Source of the DNA: Fistulifera solaris
Taxonomy: Eukaryota
Length of the DNA stretch: 64,000 nucleotides
Assembly (NCBI GenBank): GCA_030295235.1
Contig: AP026140.1
Span: 1 to 64,000, forward strand
Direction of reading: 5' to 3'
The translations under genes were made by a program, and so were the position numbers. Shown here piece after piece: positions 1 to 12,578 of the stretch. The notes below the pieces were generated by a model. That model ran no database searches. It was not told where the DNA came from and saw only the letters and a program-made list of their open reading frames with translations. How positions within the stretch are numbered: position 1 is the stretch's first letter; every line of letters starts with the position of its first letter.

Positions 1-129
1 AACCCTAACCCTAACCCTAACCCTAACCCTAACCCTAACCCTAACCCTCAACCCTAACCCTAACCCTAACCCTAACCCTAACCCTAACCCTAACCCTAAC
101 CCTAACCCTAACCCTAACCCTAACCCTAA
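1..129. repeat. Telomeric repeat (CCCTAA)n / (TTAGGG)n, chromosome end
   Basis: About 21 near-perfect CCCTAA units from base 1 (one variant near 48), with an abrupt transition to unique sequence at 130. Confidence 0.98.
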
Positions 130-378
130 GTAAAGTATTGTATCGTATTTCGAACTCATTCTCAAAAGCAAACAGGAGATTATGGAACTAGAAACACCGC
201 GAGCATGATGAGGATGTGTGTCTTTCGTCGCTGATCCGGCGAGTATAAATGAATTTGAACGGCTCGTATTCATGCTACTTGATAAAAACTGCTCTGTGCA
301 TAGTTATGATTTGATGCTATCAAATTTAATTCAATTATTTTCTAAAGTAGGTATTCACTGAGCTTTTTCATCCATTGT

Positions 379-3300
379 TTATCGGAAACGTAAACCTGAT
401 GTACGGTAGCTCGACCTCTTCGTCTGTTTCCTTATCGCTTGCAATTACTTCCAAGATCAAAAAGAGCTGATTCGAGGAAACTCTTTCTTGGTAATACTCG
501 TAATTACTTCCGTCATTTTCATCGCTTTTCGCTCTTCAATTTTTTTTCTTGTTGGCAAAGAACGAGTAGAGAATGCTGACGCCGTGGGACAACATGCTGA
601 TTTCAAGGTTGTAGTGTTCCTCAAAATAGTCCATGAACTCTCCCATCGCGGATATCTCCCAATGTTATATCCAAGCTATCCCAAGCGTGTCCACTCCCAT
701 TCCTTACCCTGGAGCTTACTTTTGGTCTTGGCAGGTGGATTCGGTTCCGACATGGTCATGAACGGCACTGCCAAGTTCAAGAAACCGTTCTTGTACGCCT
801 CAATCGTCAACTCTTTGCGCGGGCGCCCCGATCAGCTTGTACAACTCAAGACAAATGAGTCCCGTCACCAAAGTGGTCGTCGTTGCAATTGCTGGAATAA
901 TACGTCCAGCAATCGCTCTCGAGCGGTGAGCATCAGCAGTAGGGATACTATAGTTCATCGCGCGGCAGTTGGAACAAGCGGTAACAAAGTTGTTGTGTGC
1001 GTCGATATCCTTGTCAAACTCAATTGCTACAAGTTCCATGCCCGCAAGTTCAGCCGGTTTGGGAAGCTGCGCGAGCAAGTCCGACACGTTATCACTTTCT
1101 TCACTGCTTTTCTGTTCTTCAGCTTCAGCGTCGTTGGCAGCAATCTTGACACCTTCAGCAGGAACAAAGTCGGGAACGATGACTTGCTCCAACATATCCA
1201 ACACATCAGCATCCGCAGGCACTTGAATGCCGTACATTTCCGCTCGCAAGTTCGCGCCCATGACGACAAATTCCAAATGCGTCTTCATATCATTCGCGTC
1301 GGCATCAATCGCGTTCGGGTCAAACGCGAGGGGTTTCGGACAACGCTTCGATCCTGACCAGAACAGTTGCCCGCTGCTCGTCACTTGATCGGCGGGGAAG
1401 TTGTGCAAAAGCTGCAAGATCTGGTTGGAAAACTGATTTTCGAACGTCAAGCGCGCCCACGTCACGCAGTCTTGATACGTCGTGGGACGATCCAGGGTTT
1501 GAAGCAATAACTTGATCGTTTCCGCTTTGGTGTTTGGATGCAGCGATTCCAAGTACATGTCGCCTCCTTTGATGTAGCTGTTCACTTCCCTCTGCGGCCT
1601 GCTTGAGGCGCTCTTCGAACCAGTCGCGCGCCCATTGCAACGTGTGCTCGATCTGGTTGGGAAAGTTTTTTAACGTGCAAACCGGAATACTCTTTTCGGG
1701 AGGGTCGCGAGTAGCGCCGTAATGCTCCGTCAAGTGAGGAACGACAATCTGCGTGTTTCCCTTCGTCCCAAGAGTACCGCTTTCCATCATCGGCAAGCGA
1801 TAGAAAAGACAACGCTGATCGACGTACAACCGCGCCTCGACATTGTCCAAAGCCGTACAAACTCCCGAAAGCTTGTCATAAAAGTCATCTCCGAACAAAT
1901 GCTCCGTGTCGGGTGCAACCTTTTCCTGATACGCCGTGATTTTGAATTGTGGGTTCATGTGCTGCGCCGCCTTGGCCGCCGTGGTACTTTTGAACTCGTT
2001 GATATCCGTGTTGCGAAACAGAAACTGACGCGACAAGTTCGATTTCTCAATGCGATCCATGTCCGTGACATGAACCATACCTCCCGAACCGCAAGCAACA
2101 CCCATCATGGCCCAGTTCTTGAGCATTTCACAACCAATGGCTCCAGCGCCGATCAAGAAGTAATTCAAGGCTCCCAATTTTTCTTGCATGTCTTGACCAA
2201 AGACGAGGACTTGGCTGTCGTAGCGAGTGTTCGAAGTTGCTGTCAAATCCGATGACAACAACGCATCCGGTAAGCACTCATCCGCGTCCAGATACAAGAA
2301 ACCGGAAATCGGAGTGAACTTTCCGGAACACGCCTTCAAGACTTCCTGACCGACAACGCCTCCCAATGCCGCACACATGGGACTCAGAATCGCCCGACTG
2401 CCATGCGCTAAGTGCAAGACAATACGCTCTGCTTTCGCGTCTGCGACGGCATCGGGATTGATCTGTTTCGCCAGAACAAGTACTTGCTGACAAGCGGCCG
2501 CATCCGAGGGAAGCTGTCCATGCTGATCTTGGTACTTCGCGACAGCCTGGAAAGCCGCATGCAGCAAAGGAGGACGGTCAAACTTGGCGAAATCGCTCAT
2601 CATCATGTTCTCCCGGATTCGCCAATTTGTCTTTGTAGGATTCAAAAGCCATCTTGACGGGTTGTTTCACCTGCGTAATGTACCCCTGTGCGTGCTGCAC
2701 GGTTTGTTGCGTCAGATCGAGACCGTCGAGTGTAAAAGTATAGGGCCCGGTCACCGTAACAAAGTATTCGACATTGTTTTCGAGCCCGGTAACTCCTTGC
2801 AAACGCGAAAAGGTGACCTTGTCGCCGGTCTCCAAGCCATGTCGTCCTTGATCTTCCAACACCTTGACCGTTGGAGGCGCTTCATCGGTCAAGACCGTTT
2901 CAACCTGAGAAGTAGCCGCTGGTTCTCCGTCTTTGTCAAATACCGAGAATTCTGCACCGAAATCACAAAAGACTTGACCGAATACCGACATGGTCAAAGC
3001 GTAAATAAAGGAAGCACCCACAGCACGGCACTGCTCATTAATGGCAAACAACGTCTCTGTGGGCAAAGGGATGGTGACAACCACGACCGAGACATTTGAA
3101 GTAATCAATTCGGTGACTGTTTCGGCTGCAAGATCGGGAACATCCGCGAGATCTACCTTAACATAAGGATTCAACTGCGCCAAGAGAGGACGACAGATAC
3201 TAGCTCGACTTTTCCCGCTCGCCAAATCCTCCGGCGTCAAGTAAAAGTTTCCTCCTAAATCAAAGGACGTAGGAGACATCGGATCGACGAGAACGATACG

Positions 3301-3566
3301 ATTCAAGCCAGCCAGAATAGTATTCTTGGCTACTTCGACACCGCAACCGGAAAGACCCACCAACAAACAAGTCGAAGCCATCATACGACGTTGCGCTTCG
3401 TGTCCCATGACGTACAACTGACGCGAATACAGCTTCTCGTCGACTGCAAAGAAAGAAGGAAACAAGGAAAGAAGAGTGAGCCTTAAATGAGAAAAACAAG
3501 CAGTAACGAGAGACTTTTGTATGTATCTCTTTCATGCGCACCTTCGGCTGTTGCGGAAGCATCCAT
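379..3566 (-). CDS. UBA1: Ubiquitin-activating enzyme E1 (frameshifted in this assembly)
   Basis: Exon 1 3566-3542 (MDASATAE), GT-AG intron 3541-3444, then VDEKLYSRQLYVMG. Second adenylation domain IGAGAIGCEMLKN / SNLSRQFLF, catalytic IPVCTLKNFP, AGRIIPAIATTT. C-terminal UFD-like part read by hand to a TAA at ~381-379. Frame switches near 2600, 1590 and 800, plus several between 700 and 380. Confidence 0.95.
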
Positions 3567-3995
3567 TTTATCTTGCGTCATCGAATAAGCTCGTTTTTCG
3601 TAATAAACGTTGCAATTTATTCAAGAGAGATGATAGTCAACACGCGGGAAGTTATCAAACCAGGAGACGAAACACAATAGATAAAGACTCTCTTTTGTGC
3701 GCTGCCTCGCAAAGCTTTGCAAAACGACATCGTCGTACCGTACCAGGTAGGAGCGTCTACGTAAAGGTCACGGGCAGTTTCGTACGGATCTCCTCCGATG
3801 CGGAACGAAATCCTGTTGCGCGAAAGCGTCGCGCTCTAGGGGTCAGTCACTAGCTACGAATCACGATTGAGAAGAGACATTTTTGGGAAAGATGACGAAA
3901 AAGGACACACAACGCGCACAACGACGACACGCAACACGAAAACACAAAAACACTCATCGACAATCAACTTCGTTCATTCACTAATTTCTCTCAAA

Positions 3996-5359
3996 ATGAA
4001 CCCTCCTCCGGGTATGACGGCGGCTTTGTCACGCTTACAAGCTGTAAGACGAAAACGACCGCAACCGTGGAAGCTCGCTGGCGTTTTAATGGTAATAGGA
4101 TTGGGGCTTTTACAAAGTCTCTACCATCTTCAGCAATCGCTTCAATTATCGGAATTTCAGGAACAATTCACTGATTTTTTCTCTTTTCCAAACGCTGAGG
4201 TCTCCTCTAACAACTACTACGACCAAAATGACCATGACACGTATTCGCGTTTTGCTTACGCCTTTGTAATAGGAGGCTGCGATCCGACGAATCTACCGAC
4301 GTATCAAAATTATCTCTTCAATATTGCTGTTGCTGCGCGCAATCTAAAACGTCTCGGGAGTCAAGCGGATGTTGTGGTGCTCTTTCAAATGTCAAAGACC
4401 GCCACAGAATTGCAACTACCGAAACAAGATTTAGAATTGTTGCATGCGCAAAACGTCACTGTTTATTACATCCCTCAACAATTGACAGGGCGGGAGTCAT
4501 TCTATCGAACGCAGCTAGACAAATTCCGAATACTGGGGCTGACGCAATACGAAAAAGTTCTTTTTATGGATGGAGATATCATGCCATTGTGTAATCTGGA
4601 TCCCTTTATGGAGTACGAAAAATTTCAAGAAAATGTTGTCATGGAAGGATTATACGAGCCGTTCAATGGGGGATTTTTCATGTTAAAGACGGGATATTTA
4701 GAAGAAATTCAACAAATTATTGAGAATCGCGAAGCCATGGCAGCCGAACTAGAGTATCCGCACTTTAATTTCACCATAGGATGGGGTCAAGACTTGACGT
4801 ACGATCCTTGGGTGAGCTTAAGAGAGACTGGGACAAATTGGTCCTTTTTAGCCGGATTCGCAGATCAAGGCTTGCTTTATTACTATACGAAATACCATCG
4901 CAAATCTGTCAGTGTGTTACATCGTGATGGCGGCGTTCATCACTATGGCTGGAATGGTACGGCCGTTTCCGAAATCGGCCCCTTCAATGAGACCATTGAT
5001 AGCTTGCACAACGTCACAGATCTGGATTCTATGCTACGCTTGCCCGGCAAACATAGCCGATTCCATTATCCTTTTAACTGTTTCGTGCACTTTACGGGCA
5101 ATGCAAAACCTTGGCTTCTGGTGGTGCACCTGACGATTGTTGCGTACCAGAGACACAAAACAAGTCAGCAAAACATTTTTGGATGTACGAGCTATCGGAG
5201 ATACTGAAAGAACATGGGCGCACGGATGTTGATATTCAAACTCATTGGGATCAAAAGAAGAAGAGGCAAAGACCGGCTCTGGGATTGTATCCAACGTATA
5301 CACAAGTTGTCAACGCGAGCTCCAATATAATGACTCGTCTGAAACGGGTTAGGCCGTGA
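3996..5359 (+). CDS. GT8 / glycogenin-like glycosyltransferase, type II membrane, paralogue 1
   Basis: N-terminal hydrophobic anchor; KFRILGLTQYEKVLFMDGD (DxD), PFNGGFF, DQGLL, HFTGNAKPW. Frameshift near 5115 joins ORF 5111-5359, which matches the C-terminus of the intact paralogue at 12579. Confidence 0.8.
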
Positions 5360-5788
5360 GAACATTTATAATCATCTTTTGGTAGTATCAGTATTTTTGG
5401 CTTGTGGAGTGTTTGGACGTAATTACTTTTTTTGAGTTAGAGGCTTGAGCTCTGCTTTACAAGTAGAGCTCTGCAAACTGTAGCACGGCACTTGAGGCTT
5501 GTGGCTTGTGGCTCTGTCATCAACTCGTGGCTCGTGACTAAAGACATAGCGGAACAAATAAACGAAAGCGCTACCAAAAACGTTATTCATGTATCGATCA
5601 GAGAGTAGCGAATACGCCCAAAACAACAAATCAAAGTCCGAGTAGTCTAAAGTTTTCTTAAAAGTCCCAGGAAGAAGCCGATCAAGAGCAGGAGTGTACA
5701 TAAAAATTGAAGCCCTTTTCTATTTTCTTTGACAACAACGACAAAAATCGTAACGATTGAGCGGAGACACCGACGCCCTTTAGAGACG

Positions 5789-7101
5789 ATGCAGCAACAT
5801 TCTTCCTTTCGATTCAAATATGGTTTCTGACAATTATTGCAGTTGCAGTGATTCAATTTCGGGGGAACATTCATTACGTCGAAACAGCTCTGCGGAAATC
5901 GAAGGATGCCTCGTCGACCCCTACAATGAATGAGCTTAGAATCTCGTCCGATCATTCAAAACACTCCGAAAGCGCCGAGATCTCTCCAAAGTTCGCATAC
6001 GTATTCGTTATTGGTGGCTGTGATCCAACGAATCGAGCCAGTTATCAGAATTACCTTTTCAATATTGCTATCTCAGCACGAATCCTCAAGCGACTTGGAA
6101 GTCAAGCTGATGTCGTGGCTCTCTTCAAATGTCACAAAAAGCCAAAGAGCGTCAACTTCCAAAAGATGATCTAGAGCTGTTACATGCACAAAATGTTACT
6201 GTATATTACATTCCTCAGCAATTGACAGGACGAGAATCCTTTTACCGAACGACGTTGGACAAGTTCCGTATCCTGGGCTTGACACAATATGAAAAGGTCA
6301 TTCTCATGGACGGCGATTTTTTACCATTGTGTAATTTGGACTTTTTCTTCACCCATGACACTTTTCAAGAGATCGTCGTGATGGAAGGTCTGTACGAACC
6401 GTTCAATGCTGGCTTTTTCATGGTGAAAACTGGAATGTCACGATTACAGGAGATCCAGGAAATCATAGAAAGGAGAGAACGGGAGGCACTCAACTTGACA
6501 TACCCTTACTTCGATCTAAAAATGGGGTGGGGGCATGATTTTATCGATGATCCTTGGGTCTCATACCGTCAAAGCGGAACAAATTGGACGTTTGAATTTG
6601 CATTTTCGGATCAGGGGCTTTTGTATTACTACGCCAAATACCACCAAAAATCGTACAGTCTGCTAAATCGTCGCGGTGGGGTGACGCATTACGGTCCAAA
6701 TGGAGACACGGTTCAGATGATAGGCTCAAATGACCGTTCGCTCACTCAATATAGCTCGGTTGCTGAACCAGTTGCAATGATGTTGAATGCTAAGACTCGT
6801 CGTCATCCTTTTTCCCGCTGCGCTGCATGCTTCATTTCACAGGTACGACCAAGCCGTGGCTTGGTGGGGCGCTCCGAAAGATTGCTGTACGAACGAAACC
6901 AAGTTCAAGTCCGGAAAGCATTACTGGATGTATGAATTACATGAGCTCATGGAGGAACTGAACCGTGATATTGATCTAAAAACGTATTGGGACCCGCTAA
7001 AAGCCAACCATCGACCAGCGCTTGGCTTGTTTGCTACATCTGATCAAGCTCTGCATGCGCAAACCAATCTGTTAACAGCTCTACTGCCAATAAATTCGTA
7101 A
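5789..7101 (+). CDS. GT8-like glycosyltransferase paralogue 2 (frameshifted)
   Basis: Pieces 5848-6174, 6129-6935 and 6787-7101 carry FAYVFVIGGCDP, LMDGD, PFNAGFF, DQGLL and HRPALGL, colinear with paralogues 1 and 3. The start codon at 5789 is inferred. Confidence 0.75.
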
Positions 7102-7433
7102 TACATTTTTGTCCTAGCAAAAGTAAGTACTTTAGTACTCCTGTTCAAAATTTAGTCGAATGACGTCATACCTGTGACTTCGGCTTGGGTTCAGGACTCC
7201 TCACCAAAAAGATTTGCCGAGCTGCGGACAGACGTTTACTTCTTACATGCTTACTTACCGCTTTCATGATCATGTCGCTTGATACACAGCCGTCCCCTTT
7301 TTTTGACTTGTCGTTGCACAACAAAAAAAACAATTGAGGTGTTTTTCGTGTTTGACGCCTTCGGTTGAACAAATACGACAGTCAGCTTAACCATCGATAT
7401 TGATCTATCTAGTCTCATCAATCTAAAAAGAAA

Positions 7434-7843
7434 ATGTTTATCCCCAAGGAAAACCGTATTGCTACTTTCAGCTACCTGTTCAAGGAGGGAGTTTGTGTCG
7501 TCAAGAAGGACACTCGTTCGCAGACGCATCCTCACATCGAAGGCCCAACCAACTTGGAAGTTCTCATGCTCATGAAGAGTTTGCAATCGCGTGGCTTGGT
7601 CAAGATCACCTTCTCGTGGCAGTACAACTATTGCTATTTGACGGACGAAGGTATTGAATATCTGCGAAACTACTTGGCGCTTCCTGCTGAAATCGTTCCT
7701 AATACGCACAAGAAGCAGGCCGGTCGTTCTGAAGCGCGCGAGCGCGATGACAAGTTCGGCGGGGTGGACGCCCTGCTTTCCGTGGTGGAGATCGTGAATA
7801 CCGTGGCCGTGAAGGAGGATTCGGCCGTGGTGGAGGTCTCTAA
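7434..7843 (+). CDS. RPS10: 40S ribosomal protein S10 (eS10)
   Basis: MFIPKENRIATFSYLFKEGVCVVKKD...SLQSRGLVKITFSWQYNYCYLTDEGIEYLRNYLALPAEIVPNT. A single indel in the G-run near 7760 restores the typical tail RPAFRGGDREYRGREGGFGRGGGL* (TAA 7841-7843). Confidence 0.95.
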
Positions 7844-7903
7844 GACAGAAGATAATTTATTGCGGTTAGACTCTAAGACAGAAGATGATTTATTGCGGTT
7901 AGA
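7838..7903. repeat. 33-bp tandem duplication spanning the RPS10 stop codon
   Basis: ctctaagacagaagat(a/g)atttattgcggttaga at 7838-7870 and 7871-7903, one mismatch. Confidence 0.9.
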
Positions 7904-8392
7904 CTGACTTTATTCAATCTTTTTCTTTTTTTTTGCCTTCTGAAGCGACGCATACGAATCTTTCACAACCATCTGAGGCTAGGTCGTTGATTGCGCAACC
8001 GTCGGAGAGGTTGATACCGGTATCAGTATCAGGTAGGCTAGACAAATGTTGGATGGCAAGAAACGACACTTTTCCTGTAATTTCATTCTGAAGTGAGGGC
8101 TAGCAACTGCCAACGTCAAAGAAGAATGGACTAGCAAACATCAAAGATCAATCATCAGCCTCACAGCTCATGACTCAGAAAATACAATCCAGTCTTGGTA
8201 AAAACGGTCAACACTTTGGGCCATAGTGCTTTTTTTATACACCGTGCGCAACGACGGACCGCAAAAAACGCGGCGACTGACTTTTCTTTTGTTCGCCGTG
8301 ACAATAAAAACATTATGCGTTGAGATCCTTTTAAAATTGAGAAACCCTTCTTGATTTGCGTCTTTGTTCATCTAATTCATACGGAGTATAAG

Positions 8393-9136
8393 ATGAGTGA
8401 ATACCAACCGATAAATTACAGCGCGAGCGAATCAACGAGTGATCTTTTGGAAGATTCTTTGACGTGCCCTTTGTGCATCGAGTTCTTCGATACAGATTTG
8501 GAAGGATTTGCACCAGCAGAAGCGCGACGAACTCATTGCTCTAGCAGGGATTCGCGAAAACCTTTGCTATCTTCAGAGACGCGTCTACCTGTCTCATGCA
8601 CAGCTTGCTGGTTTACGTTTTGCAACGCTTGTTTGCATCGATTAATGTATCGACCGGGCGGTGTTAAATGTCCCACTTGTCCGAATAAGAATCTCAGCGT
8701 AGCAGCGCCGGCTGTCAATATACCTTTGGTGCGTCTCCTACACCTTATAAGACCTATGGTAGAGACCCCGGTACCATCGGTTGATGTTGTGCGCACTGTG
8801 ACCCCTACAAAAGAGAAAGCGAAAACCCCCACTAAGGCGAAGAAAACAACTGCAAAGAAAGCTATGCAGAAAAGAGACAACCATAGCGCTCTAAATGCAA
8901 CAGCTGCTGAGTGCAAGCATTTCGGTAATGGTGTTTACCAGGTGCAAGCCATTGTCGGTCGTCGTTCATCTCCCGGAAACAAGTGGTACAAAGTACGCTG
9001 GGCTGGCTATTCAGGAGAGGACGATACTTGGGAGCACTGGAAATCCTTGAAACACCTTGATGATGTGTTTCTTCAACAAATGCGACTGCTGGACGAACAA
9101 GCTGAGAAGAAGAAAAGAAAATATAATACTATTTGA
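8393..9136 (+). CDS. RING-type zinc finger + chromodomain protein
   Basis: LTCPLC...CTACWFTFCNAC...KCPTC followed by VNIPLVRLL; Lys-rich linker; C-terminal YQVQAIVGRR...YKVRWAGYSGEDDTWEHWKSL chromodomain signature. Confidence 0.8.
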   Translation: MSEYQPINYSASESTSDLLEDSLTCPLCIEFFDTDLEGFAPAEARRTHCSSRDSRKPLLSSETRLPVSCTACWFTFCNACLHRLMYRPGGVKCPTCPNKNLSVAAPAVNIPLVRLLHLIRPMVETPVPSVDVVRTVTPTKEKAKTPTKAKKTTAKKAMQKRDNHSALNATAAECKHFGNGVYQVQAIVGRRSSPGNKWYKVRWAGYSGEDDTWEHWKSLKHLDDVFLQQMRLLDEQAEKKKRKYNTI

Positions 9137-9352
9137 TCATAGTTGGGTCCTGCCGTGTTTGTACTAAACACGCACATGAACTTTGGGGCGCAGCATTCGA
9201 TGCTCCCATTGAAGCGCTTCCAAAATATTCATAGTATTATGAGCATGTCTCTATTAACGATTATGTTCTGTTGTTATTGCACGTTGCTTGTGTTGTGCGC
9301 CTCGTTCACCGTAGCAGTCTTATTTGGGTCACCAAACCGTGACGACTCAAAC

Positions 9353-10279
9353 TCATTCTGTTTCCCCCCAACAGGAGGCTTTGATACCTATCTTTTCTTC
9401 TAAAAGCAAGCCAGCATCTACATCATCCAAAGAAATTTCAATATAGGTCAGGGATGGATGCTCCGCAGCAAATTCTCGCACATGGTTCGTTTGCCAAATG
9501 TAAAATTGTCGAATGTCATCGTCCGTTCGATTCCGTTGTGGCTGTTGGGGCCAAAGCCGTCTACAGGTTTTCAAATGTGCCATGAGACCACCCCAACGCT
9601 GCACACTGCTGACCCAGTCATCCGGATCTCTCGTCGACAAGATGATTGTTCCTTGGGGGTATAACCTATAGAATGCATCTAGAGCGTAGACAGATGGGTC
9701 CCAACAACCGTCCATGGCATTGTTATCCGTCCAGATATCGTAATTTCCGCATCCTCGAAACATATCTAGTCTTTTGGATAGATTTTTAAGCATACAGACA
9801 CCTGTTCGTAGTTTGTTCTCACCAAAGTAGTGCACCGAGCGCTGTCCTCCGCAACGAAAGTAGGAATGAAGCGACGTGGTGCCGCTTTTGAAGATACTTG
9901 CCACCAGTACAGGAAAAGGAATCTTAATCGGTGGTCTTTGGAAGTACGCGACGCGTGTTTGTGGTGCAGGTTTTTGTAAGGATTTGACTGTATTGGTGCC
10001 ATTTACTGATGTAGGTAATGAGCTTTTTTGCGGGACGGGCTCATGAGATTGGACTTTTGCGTGTGATGTACCTTGCGGCAAAGCATTGATTGAAGCATTT
10101 GCTATTGTTTTATTTGCTGTACTTGTACGAACTTCCAGCGAACGCTTGGAGTTCGCCAAAAGATTTTTAACATCTGCATACATCGCCAAGGAGGCGAAAC
10201 AAGCAATACCAAGAAAAGCAAGTTGTACAAAATAACGCATGTGCCTCCACCGCCTCCGTAGTTGTCGTTTGATATCCAT
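9353..10279 (-). CDS. P-loop sulfotransferase-like type II membrane protein
   Basis: N-terminal TM helix; VLVASIFKSGTTSLHSYF (PAPS-binding loop-like) and IILSTRDPDDWVSSV (3'-phosphate-binding-like). Confidence 0.65.
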   Translation of the reverse strand: MDIKRQLRRRWRHMRYFVQLAFLGIACFASLAMYADVKNLLANSKRSLEVRTSTANKTIANASINALPQGTSHAKVQSHEPVPQKSSLPTSVNGTNTVKSLQKPAPQTRVAYFQRPPIKIPFPVLVASIFKSGTTSLHSYFRCGGQRSVHYFGENKLRTGVCMLKNLSKRLDMFRGCGNYDIWTDNNAMDGCWDPSVYALDAFYRLYPQGTIILSTRDPDDWVSSVQRWGGLMAHLKTCRRLWPQQPQRNRTDDDIRQFYIWQTNHVREFAAEHPSLTYIEISLDDVDAGLLLEEKIGIKASCWGETE

Positions 10280-10700
10280 GTTTTCGATAAAGAATAAACG
10301 GTGTGTGAGAAAGAGCTGCAACTAGAAGTTATGAGGCTTTCTTCATTGGTTGTATAACCTTCAATAAAATGAGGGGAATGCTGACCGATGACGGAGGTGT
10401 GCACGCATACACAACACGGCAAAAACACTCCGATCTCTGCGATGATCGACGTGCGCCCTAACACGGTTTATACCTATTGAACAGGAGCACCTACTGTCTG
10501 TTGAAGAAAACATCATTACTTTAAAAAATAAAAAGCTACTCGCTACTCCGGAGTACAAAGCTACATAGCGATATATGTATGAAGTAATATGTACACAGCC
10601 ACTGGTGTTTGCCCATTGCCCATTGTGTTTTTCCCCTTCTCCGTCTCGCAGTCATCATTCATTATCGCCATCGTCGGCAAAAATCATCGCATTTTCCATC

Positions 10701-10724
10701 AAAAAAAAAAAAAAAAAAAAAAAA
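10701..10724. repeat. Poly(A) tract (24 nt)
   Basis: Direct reading. Confidence 0.9.
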
Positions 10725-10802
10725 CTCCGCAAGAAGAAACACAGGGTGCAATACAAAAGTGGAGCGCATGACACCAGAAATCGTCAGCCGTAAAGCAAAG
10801 TC

Positions 10803-11811
10803 ATGGCACGTTCCGGCAGAACAAGAATGCTTTGGCTAATAGCGGTTGTTACTGTCACAATAAGCGGATTCTTCTTCTCGGCGACTCTCGCTCGTGCTTA
10901 CCTGGAAAATGACCTGTCATGGAAGACAACAATCGACGAGCTGGAGGGAATCCTTATAGAAAGCGGGGGAGAGAACTTTGCCGATGAAGCGGATTCGCAA
11001 ATAGTCGTTGCTATCGTTGCTTGTACCAAGTCGAAAGACGACTGGAAATCAGTCAATGCGACAGCTCTTCACAATATTCTTATTCCTTCAATTGAACGAA
11101 CCGTAACGCCCTCCGAAACAAAAACATGTGCGTGTCGATTTGGTGATTGGATTTGATGATAACGACCCGTTCTGGAACGATCCTCAGAAACGAAAAGAGC
11201 TACAATTATCGACTCGCGTTCCTATCAGTTTCATTTCTGTTCCGAAACAACCCAGTCGACCCTTTCGGATTCCTTTCAACGAGGTTTGCAAGGCAAGCTA
11301 TGAGTATGGGGCTGATTTCATCGCTCGGGTGAACGATGACTCGGAATTCATCAGTCCTGGATGGATCACCAAAGCCGTGAATCGATTGTCGCAGTACAAT
11401 CCACCTTGGGTTGGCGTCGTCGGGCCTACATGCCGACAAGGCAACACAAAGATTCTTACACACGATTTTGTGCATCGAACCCACATCGATATATTTGATA
11501 ACTACTATCCAGATGAGTTCGATAATTGGTGGATCGATGACTGGATCACTTACGTGTATGGACCCAAACGGACGACGAAGTTACCCGATTGGGAGATGTT
11601 TCATCACACTTCCAAACACGGACAAAGGTATCAAGTAGAGCAATCTCTCAAGAGGCAACTACCATTAAGTCTCCGTCAAGGCGCACGACAAATTGAATTG
11701 TTTGTACAGCGCAACGAATCGCAAGTGCCGCTTCATGAGCGTACAGTATTGGGAACCGATCGATTGGCTGGTATATGGGGTCCTATGGCGGATTTTGTTG
11801 CTTTGCATTGA
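10803..11811 (+). CDS. Putative GT-A fold glycosyltransferase (algal family), one frameshift near 11125
   Basis: N-terminal TM anchor; IGFDDND, DFIARVNDDSEF, GVVGPTCRQGNTKILTHDFVHRTH, FDNWWIDDWIT. Confidence 0.65.
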
Positions 11812-12578
11812 AGGTGATGAGGTTTTAGTCAATTACAGCGCAATCTACGGACAAAAGCAGTTGAGGGTACGTTCAGTAGGCAAAGACTAGCAATTTCGAC
11901 AACGACGACCACGGGCTTATCCAGAGTTAAATGGAAGCAACGGTTGTCCCTTGCGTCTCATTGCTGACTTTCCCTCGTATTTAATGAAAATCGGTTTCGC
12001 CGGTCCTGGATCATGGGCACATTGATTTGGGATGCTAACTTAGACTTGAGCTAGTCTAGTATTCAACGAAGTGTTCCTTCCCAACAGCAGTTTACTTTGT
12101 ATCTGTTTGTGTTAAATTAGCTCCCGGCATGATTATGCGCAATGTTATTGTTGTACGCTCCGTAAGATCATCAAAAGAATTTTATTGTGGACAACATGAT
12201 CTTACGTTTATTGTCCTGTTGGTTTCCAAGACCTTAAAGTTCGGTATCTATTCCGTATTTGAATTGGATCCGGGACCGGGACTGAATCTGTCTATCGTCG
12301 CACTTAGGGATGAGGATGATACACTTTGCGATATACTAAAGTCATGCGCGTGGTCATGAGTCATGAGTCATGAATGACCTCGTCGTGACCGACCCTTTTT
12401 TTCTTTTTTTCTTCGTCCTCGCATGACCCTACCAGGTATCGCTTCGTGCCTCGCTTATTTCGCACATAAAAACGTGACGACACAGTTCATTCATTCTTCT
12501 TCATCACTCTTTTGCCCGTTGCATTTCAAAGAGCTTGACACATCAAAGGTTAAACCAGGCAGACGAGGAGAAGCTACG

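Noticed and set aside
488..3099. Long plus-strand ORFs 488-1357, 1722-2255 and 2584-3099
   Set aside because: They are antisense shadows of UBA1 with no recognisable motifs; the same applies to most short antisense ORFs in the track.
10575..10839. Poly-Lys ORFs or a retroposed poly(A) tail
   Set aside because: The Lys runs arise in all three frames from one A24 tract; no TSD or retroelement body is visible.
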